From an uncultured Alphaproteobacteria bacterium (GTDB taxonomy: Bacteria > Pseudomonadota > Alphaproteobacteria > HIMB59 > GCA-002718135), in the NCBI GenBank assembly GCA_902621725.1, contig CACNND010000001.1, forward strand, positions 83,726 through 147,725: a stretch of DNA of 64,000 nt. Direction: 5' to 3'. Of the stretch, positions 59,064 to 64,000 are shown piece after piece; position 1 is the stretch's first letter; each line of letters opens with the position of its first letter. A model generated the notes under the pieces. It was not told the DNA's origin. It searched no databases and saw only the letters and a list, made by a program, of their open reading frames with translations. The position numbers were made by a program, and so were the translations under genes.

Positions 59064-59083
59064 AATTTATCTCCTTTATATTC

Positions 59084-59117
59084 AAGAGAGGTAAAATTAC
59101 CTCTCTTAATTTTTTTT
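59084..59117. terminator. Strong 10-bp hairpin just downstream of amt-1; the T-tract is on the plus-strand side
   Basis: AAGAGAGGTA (59084-59093) pairs with TACCTCTCTT (59098-59107) around a 4-nt loop. AATTTTTTTT follows on the plus strand. On the minus strand the A-tract precedes the hairpin. Confidence 0.55.
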
Positions 59118-59124
59118 ATAAGTA

Positions 59125-60411
59125 TTAATCTCTTATTGAATAAGCTACAACTCCTACCTCAGCCTTATCAGTTCCAAGTTTTTCAGCTTCTTCACTAATT
59201 CTTAATCCCATAATATTTTTAATTAAATATATTACAATATATGAGAAAACAAAAACAAAGATACATACTGATGCAACACCTAATAACTGAATTGCGTATG
59301 ATGCATCAGGATTAGTTAGAGGGACAACTAATGTTCCCCAAATTCCAGCAAACATATGTACAGGTATTGCACCAACAACATCGTCTAGTTTTAATGAATT
59401 TAAGAAGTTAGTTCCATAATACATTATAATTCCTCCAACTACTCCAATTCCAATTGCAAGCAATGGACTAGGCATTAATGGCTCAGCTGTTATTGAAACT
59501 AGACCAGCAAGAGCTCCATTTAGCATCATGACAATATCGGTTTTACCACCAATCAATCTTGTTATTGCTGCACCAGCCATACATCCACCACAAGCTGCAA
59601 GTTGAGTGTTCATAAAAATTTTAGACATTGCTGTTGCATCTTCATAAGAACCTAATGCAAGTTGTGAGCCACCATTAAAACCATACCAACCCATCCATAA
59701 AATAAATGTACCTAGAGTAACTAATGGAATTGATGATGGAGCAAATGGAGCCATATTAGCTGGTTCACCACTTGCGCTAAATCTCCCAAGTCTTGGACCT
59801 AAAAGAATTACACCAGCCAAGGCGGCTGAACCACCACAAGCATGAACTAATGTTGAACCTGCAAAATCCGCAAATCCAAGGGCGTCTAACCATCCTCCAC
59901 CCCATTCCCAACCCATTTGAATTGGATAAATCACTCCTCCAAGAACTGCTGCAAAAGTAAAGAAAGGCCAAATTTTTATTCGCTCTGCGACCGCACCCGA
60001 TACAATTGAAACAGTAGCACAAACAAATAAAGCTTGAAAAAACCAGTCGGAAGCATCTGAGTAACCTGTTTCCATTGATGTATTGTCAGTCCATATGGAT
60101 GGTATACCAATATAACCTCCTTCAGGGACAGAATATCCAAGATTATATCCTATTAAATAGAAAACAATTGAAACTATTGCGAACTTTCCAATATTTTTAG
60201 CAGCAATAGTTGATACACTTCTGGTTGTAACAAGACCTGATTCTAAAAATAGAAAACCTGCAGCCATCCACATGACTAAAAATCCACATACTAGAAAAGA
60301 AAATGTATTAAATATATATGCTACTTCTGCGTCAACCTCTGCCCTCACAGATGAACTTAGCAACAAAATAAATGAGAGTATTGTAAAAAGACTAAAAAAT
60401 TTTTTATACAT
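59125..60411 (-). CDS. amt: Ammonium transporter (Amt family), copy 1
   Basis: Signal peptide, MWMAAGF..LESG, SIVSGAVAERIK, DFAGSTLVH, 428 aa. Confidence 0.95.
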   Translation of the reverse strand: MYKKFFSLFTILSFILLLSSSVRAEVDAEVAYIFNTFSFLVCGFLVMWMAAGFLFLESGLVTTRSVSTIAAKNIGKFAIVSIVFYLIGYNLGYSVPEGGYIGIPSIWTDNTSMETGYSDASDWFFQALFVCATVSIVSGAVAERIKIWPFFTFAAVLGGVIYPIQMGWEWGGGWLDALGFADFAGSTLVHACGGSAALAGVILLGPRLGRFSASGEPANMAPFAPSSIPLVTLGTFILWMGWYGFNGGSQLALGSYEDATAMSKIFMNTQLAACGGCMAGAAITRLIGGKTDIVMMLNGALAGLVSITAEPLMPSPLLAIGIGVVGGIIMYYGTNFLNSLKLDDVVGAIPVHMFAGIWGTLVVPLTNPDASYAIQLLGVASVCIFVFVFSYIVIYLIKNIMGLRISEEAEKLGTDKAEVGVVAYSIRD

Positions 60412-60501
60412 TATTAAACTCCATATAAAATTATAAACACATAACTACCCTTTAGTTATGCATTAAATCATGCGTAGCTATGGAAATTAATTACTAAGAT
60501 C

Positions 60502-60552
60502 CGCGTTCCTTCGGGTATACCTACTTCCGATTTGCGAACTGCAAATTGAACG
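60502..60552 (-). promoter_or_regulatory. Glutamine riboswitch aptamer (glnA RNA motif), gene-proximal, amt-1 leader
   Basis: Minus strand: CGUUCAAUUUGCAGUUCGCAAAUCGGAAGUAGGUAUACCCGAAGGAACGCG. It has the CGUUC/GAACG closing helix, an internal hairpin, and the conserved GGAAGUAG and GAAGGAACGC strings. Confidence 0.8.
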
Positions 60553-60568
60553 ATTAATAACTTTGCAT

Positions 60569-60619
60569 GCGTTCCTTCGACTATCGTCTACTTCCGTCAC
60601 TCTAATTGAGTGATGAACG
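60569..60619 (-). promoter_or_regulatory. Glutamine riboswitch aptamer (glnA RNA motif), distal, amt-1 leader
   Basis: Minus strand: CGUUCAUCACUCAAUUAGAGUGACGGAAGUAGACGAUAGUCGAAGGAACGC. Same architecture, 16 nt upstream of the proximal aptamer. Confidence 0.8.
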
Positions 60620-60688
60620 TGAATTGAGTTATAGCTATAATTTGAAAACTATCAAGAAATAGTATTAGATTTAGTTAATAAAATCTGA

Positions 60689-61114
60689 TTAATTTTCTAA
60701 ACTCATCTTACTAAAAAATGAACCTTCTTTTCTTAACCATGTATTAATCATATCGAGAAAATTATTGCTTAAATAATAATTTTTAATTCGTTTGTCTGAC
60801 TTACTTTGCTCTTTAATAAAAATATTTTTTTCTAAAGCTTCGTTTAAAATAGATTGAATAGATGATCTAGATCCAATTGACTTAGGTATATTTGCGCAAA
60901 TTGTTTCAAATGAAATTCCGTTCAATTTATTATTTTCATATATTTCAAGAGAGATAACATGGTGTAAAATTGATTTAAATAAAAATTTAGAGACGTAATC
61001 TTCTGAAAAGAAGCTAGAATATATGTTTCTTTTTTTCTCTTTAATTATTTCTGCTTCAGTCATTAAATATCTCAATAATATTTTGCTATTTTGGGAGAGC
61101 AAATGCTCTCCCAT
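60689..61114 (-). CDS. Small winged-helix (MarR-like) putative transcription regulator
   Basis: ISFETICANIPKSIGSRSSIQSILNEALEKNIFIKEQSKSDKRIKNYYLS reads as an HTH recognition helix plus a beta-wing with the D(K/R)R typical of MarR-type wHTH proteins. An alternative start at 61063 (MTEAEII...) would avoid the hairpin at 61093-61112. Confidence 0.55.
   Translation of the reverse strand: MGEHLLSQNSKILLRYLMTEAEIIKEKKRNIYSSFFSEDYVSKFLFKSILHHVISLEIYENNKLNGISFETICANIPKSIGSRSSIQSILNEALEKNIFIKEQSKSDKRIKNYYLSNNFLDMINTWLRKEGSFFSKMSLEN
61093..61112 (-). other. GC-rich 8-bp hairpin between amt-2 and the wHTH gene
   Basis: GGGAGAGC (61093-61100) pairs with GCTCTCCC (61105-61112) around a 4-nt loop. There is no clear U-tract on the minus strand. 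It overlaps the ATG at 61114-61112. Confidence 0.45.
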
Positions 61115-61162
61115 TCTTTAGTGACCAACTATAAGGAGTTGATGTGCTAATCACTAAATTCA

Positions 61163-62449
61163 TTAGTCTCTGATGCTGTAAGCCATTACACCTACTTCAG
61201 ATTTATCAGTACCAAGTTTTTCAGCTTCTTCACTAATTCTAATACCAAAGAGCATTTTCATGATGTACCAAATAATAAATGATACAACAAAAACGAAAAC
61301 GTTAATTGCCACAATTCCGTAAAGTTGTGCACCAAAACTTGCTGCTGTGTTTGAAATTGGAACTACTAATGTTCCAAAAATTCCAGCAAAACCATGTACT
61401 GGAATTGCTCCAACAACATCATCGATTTTAAGTGATATTAAAAGTCTTGTTCCATAAAAAACGATTAATCCACCTATTGCACCAATAATTACTGCTAGGA
61501 AAGGAGAAGGAGCTAATGGTTCTGCAGTTATTGCTACAAGACCACCTAATGCCCCATTAAGCATCATTACAACATCTGTTTTACCCGTTACTAGTCTTGA
61601 AATAACAGCACAAGCCATTACACCTGCACCAGCTGCCAGGTTAGTATTAATATATATTGTTGCTACTGCTGTTACATCATCAAATGTACCCATAGCTAAT
61701 TGTGATCCGCCATTAAATCCGAACCATCCAAGCCACAGGATAAATACACCTAAAGTTGCAAGAGGAATTGATGAATTTGCAAAAGGCTCCATTGGAGCTG
61801 CTTCACCACTATCAGTAAAACGTCCTAATCTTGGACCTAACAAAATTGCACCAGCAAGTGCTGCTGCCGCTCCTGCACTATGTACCAGGGTTGAGCCAGC
61901 AAAATCTGAGAAACCTGCTTCTGCTAGGTATCCTCCACCCCATTGCCAACCCATTTCGATTGGATAAATGAAACCTGTTAACAAAGCACAAAAAATAAAA
62001 AATGGCCAAATTTTGATTCTTTCAGCTAATGTTCCAGATACGATTGAGCAAGTTGTTGCACAAAATACCATCTGAAAGAACCAGTCAGAACCATCTGAAT
62101 AACCTGTATCAAGAGCACTACCATCACTCCAAGGAAGCGGAGATCCGATAAAGCCACCTGCAGGAATGCCATATGCCATGTTATATCCAACTAACCAGAA
62201 CATTAAACCAGCTATAGAATATAAGCCTATATTTTTTGCAGCTATTGTTGCTACACTTTTAGACGTTACAAGTCCTGATTCAAGCATTGCAAATCCTGCT
62301 GCCATCCACATGACTAAGAACCCAGATACAAGAAATAGGAATGTATTTAAAATGTATTGCACTTCACCATCTACTTCGGCTCTTGCGTATGAACTAAAGA
62401 GCATAAAGACGGCAATAATGCTAATGAAATATATAGATTTTTTTAACAT
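61163..62449 (-). CDS. amt: Ammonium transporter (Amt family), copy 2
   Basis: Colinear with copy 1, and 428 aa if started at 62449. By eye about two-thirds of residues are identical. The ATG at 62449 has a GGAGGA SD 5 nt upstream; the track start at 62479 adds 10 aa. Confidence 0.95.
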   Translation of the reverse strand: MLKKSIYFISIIAVFMLFSSYARAEVDGEVQYILNTFLFLVSGFLVMWMAAGFAMLESGLVTSKSVATIAAKNIGLYSIAGLMFWLVGYNMAYGIPAGGFIGSPLPWSDGSALDTGYSDGSDWFFQMVFCATTCSIVSGTLAERIKIWPFFIFCALLTGFIYPIEMGWQWGGGYLAEAGFSDFAGSTLVHSAGAAAALAGAILLGPRLGRFTDSGEAAPMEPFANSSIPLATLGVFILWLGWFGFNGGSQLAMGTFDDVTAVATIYINTNLAAGAGVMACAVISRLVTGKTDVVMMLNGALGGLVAITAEPLAPSPFLAVIIGAIGGLIVFYGTRLLISLKIDDVVGAIPVHGFAGIFGTLVVPISNTAASFGAQLYGIVAINVFVFVVSFIIWYIMKMLFGIRISEEAEKLGTDKSEVGVMAYSIRD

Positions 62450-62540
62450 TAATCCTCCATTATAAATTTCACAGTACATGGCTCACATTGAGTCATGCGT
62501 TACTTTTCATGCTTAGCTATGGAAATTAATTACTAAGATC

Positions 62541-62591
62541 CGCGTTCCTTCGGTTTAACCTACTTCCGATTTGCCTAAGGCAAATTGAACG
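62541..62591 (-). promoter_or_regulatory. Glutamine riboswitch aptamer (glnA RNA motif), gene-proximal, amt-2 leader
   Basis: Minus strand: CGUUCAAUUUGCCUUAGGCAAAUCGGAAGUAGGUUAAACCGAAGGAACGCG. The hairpin differs from the amt-1 copy but stays paired. Confidence 0.8.
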
Positions 62592-62607
62592 ATTTATAAC
62601 TTTGCAT

Positions 62608-62658
62608 GCGTTCCTTCGACATTCGTCTACTTCCGTCACCCTAAAAGAGTGATGAACG
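62608..62658 (-). promoter_or_regulatory. Glutamine riboswitch aptamer (glnA RNA motif), distal, amt-2 leader
   Basis: Minus strand: CGUUCAUCACUCUUUUAGGGUGACGGAAGUAGACGAAUGUCGAAGGAACGC. Confidence 0.8.
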
Positions 62659-62763
62659 TATTAGATGAAATAGTTTATTATTAAATTTTAGTAAGAATAT
62701 TTAAGAGAATATTGGTATGCAATAATTGCATATATTAAAAAAACTACTAAATCTGCCAAAATA

Positions 62764-63909
62764 TCAATTTATTTCAGATAAATTTATCCACTTAGAATTT
62801 TTATTACTCGAATCCACAGTAGCATTAATAAATTTCATTATGTGCAATCCATCATCTATATTTGGAAGAACTTTTAATAATTCATCTTTATTGTCCTTAT
62901 TCTGAATGACATCTGCAGCGTCTGAGTAAATTTGTGCGAAAGCTTCAATAAATGCCTCTGGATGACCCGGCGGTATTCTTGTGTGCCCCATAGATTGTGA
63001 TGTTTGTATTACACTTCCTCTTGTAATTACTTTATCGAGTTCTCCTATTTGTGAAAATCTTGCATAATTAGGGTTCTCTTGTGCCCAATGCAAAGCTCCC
63101 TTTTCACCGTATATAGAAAGTGTAATATTATTTTCTTCTCCAATAGCTACTTGAGAAACACTCAAATTACCTTTTGATCCATCTTCCATTCTAATTAGAA
63201 TACTTGCATTATCATCAAGCATTCTTCCTTCAACAAATGTTGTTAAATCAGCGGCAACTTCTTTAACTCTTGTATTAGTAACAAATTCCGCAAGATGCAT
63301 GATGTGACTTCCTATATCTCCAACGCATCCTGCAACACCACTTCTTGCTGGATCTGTTCTCCACTGTGCCTGTTTATTAGATTCTTCTTCTTTAGATCCA
63401 AGCCATCCTTGCAAGTAACCTCCTCTAATCACTCTTATTTTGCCAAGTAAACCATCTTTGATAATTCTTCTCATTTCTCTAATTACAGGATAGCCACTAT
63501 AATTATGAGTTAAAAAAAAATGTGCATTTGATTTTTTGACAGCATTGTGTAAATCTGTAGCCTGATCCATTGTTGCAGTAAGTGGTTTATCGCATATTAC
63601 ATTAATATTTTTGGATAAAAATTTTATTGAAGGTTGTGCGTGTAAATGATTTGGAGTAACTATTGAAACAACTTGAATGCCATCTTCTCTCTCAGATTCT
63701 TTAGTAGCCATAGTTTCAAAATCTGGATAATTTCTAGATAAATCTATTCCTAATTCATTTGCTGAATTTATACCGTTTTCAACGTTTGAAGAAAAACATC
63801 CTGCTACAAGTTCATATTTATTATCTAAACTCATAGCATGCCTATGCCATTTACCTACCTGTCCACCAATTCCTCCACCAATCATTCCTATTCTCAGTCT
63901 CTTTTTCAT
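62764..63909 (-). CDS. Gfo/Idh/MocA family NAD(P)-dependent oxidoreductase
   Basis: N-terminal Rossmann LRIGMIGGG and a length of about 380 aa, the family-typical layout. Confidence 0.85.
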   Translation of the reverse strand: MKKRLRIGMIGGGIGGQVGKWHRHAMSLDNKYELVAGCFSSNVENGINSANELGIDLSRNYPDFETMATKESEREDGIQVVSIVTPNHLHAQPSIKFLSKNINVICDKPLTATMDQATDLHNAVKKSNAHFFLTHNYSGYPVIREMRRIIKDGLLGKIRVIRGGYLQGWLGSKEEESNKQAQWRTDPARSGVAGCVGDIGSHIMHLAEFVTNTRVKEVAADLTTFVEGRMLDDNASILIRMEDGSKGNLSVSQVAIGEENNITLSIYGEKGALHWAQENPNYARFSQIGELDKVITRGSVIQTSQSMGHTRIPPGHPEAFIEAFAQIYSDAADVIQNKDNKDELLKVLPNIDDGLHIMKFINATVDSSNKNSKWINLSEIN

Positions 63910-63918
63910 AAATTTTCT

Positions 63919-64000
63919 CTATATCCCTAATATTTTTTTATTTGCTTTTTCATCTGTTCCAGAACTTGCAAAATCATCAAATGCTTTTTCAGTAACTTCA
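63919..64000 (-). CDS. C-terminal fragment of an unidentified protein (ORF enters from beyond the window end)
   Basis: Manual translation of the minus strand from 63999 gives EVTEKAFDDFASSGTDEKANKKILGI, with a TAG stop at 63921-63919. It is too short to assign. Confidence 0.3.
   Translation of the reverse strand, partial: EVTEKAFDDFASSGTDEKANKKILGI

Noticed and set aside
58834-59094. 86-aa plus-strand hydrophobic ORF overlapping the yqgE 3' end
   Set aside because: Phe/Ile/Leu/Ser-rich composition is what the antisense of a Lys-rich gene produces. The opposite-strand 63-aa ORF has the better SD. It is kept as an open alternative in the findings.
59777-60022. 81-aa ORF inside amt-1 on the same strand but out of frame, and a 99-aa ORF (62166..62465) antisense to amt-2
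   Set aside because: Both lie fully inside the Amt coding frames and have Cys/Arg/Trp-rich or low-complexity products.
60412-60688. Downstream-peptide (glutamine-II) motif or a leader peptide in the amt leaders
   Set aside because: No short ORF with an SD lies between the aptamers and the amt start. The aptamer architecture matches the glnA-type three-stem layout rather than the pseudoknotted Downstream-peptide form.
62450-62479. 10-codon N-terminal extension of amt-2 (MYCEIYNGGL) given by the ORF track
   Set aside because: The GGAGGA SD lies inside this extension, 5 nt before the ATG at 62449. Starting there gives a 428-aa protein exactly colinear with amt-1 and a normal signal peptide.
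1-64000. Scan for CRISPR arrays, tRNA/rRNA genes, IS elements or transposases, integrases, prophage genes, toxin-antitoxin pairs and known defence systems
   Set aside because: There are no direct-repeat/spacer arrays and no cloverleaf-like GC-rich segments. No ORF has transposase, integrase, nuclease-NTPase or phage hallmarks. The only sizeable repeats are the paralogous amt modules and the two FADS-like genes.

Overview
This is a very AT-rich, gene-dense 64 kb window (about 70% A+T by eye, not computed). There are about 65 protein genes, many with 1-11 nt overlaps, and no tRNA, rRNA, CRISPR, IS or prophage signal. Gene content and synteny (ccrM; atpI-B-E-F'-F; ispH-thrB-rnhA; mutY-DUF721-dsbA-smc) point to a streamlined marine alphaproteobacterium of the Pelagibacterales (SAR11) type. 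That assignment is an inference.

Contents in order:
- 0.5-5.4 kb: DNA repair and cell-wall housekeeping (family-4 UDG, lytic transglycosylase, moaB, rnhB, ccrM).
- 5.4-11.5 kb: a surface-protein patch with a classical autotransporter, a MATE pump, and a passenger-less inverse-autotransporter barrel coupled to a small secreted protein.
- 11.6-23.3 kb: a near-complete purine cluster (CBS-less guaB, purE, K, C, D, F, N, M, L, Q).
- 23.3-33.4 kb: mutY to smc, the F0 ATP synthase operon, and ispH-thrB-rnhA.
- 33.5-55.7 kb: about 22 kb of carbohydrate, polyol and unknown catabolism. It includes a 10-gene co-directional operon with three membrane di-iron oxygenase-family proteins, a Rieske ferredoxin with its reductase, a PanB-like enzyme and sugar-acid enzymes, next to a divergent sugar-type ABC transporter.
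- 55.7-58.9 kb: a DsbD/ScsB-like reductase coupled to a Prx5 peroxiredoxin, then yqgE.
- 59.1-62.7 kb: a duplicated ammonium-transporter module.

The strongest non-coding signal is in that last module. Each of the two amt paralogs is preceded by two tandem aptamers matching the glutamine (glnA-motif) riboswitch core and is followed by a GC-rich hairpin. No glnK is present, and a small winged-helix gene sits between the two copies.

Other observations:
- A stem-loop exposing a CCUCCC loop followed by a terminator, after rnhB.
- Three GANTC sites packed just upstream of ccrM.
- A split large-type PurL.
- A short SMC.
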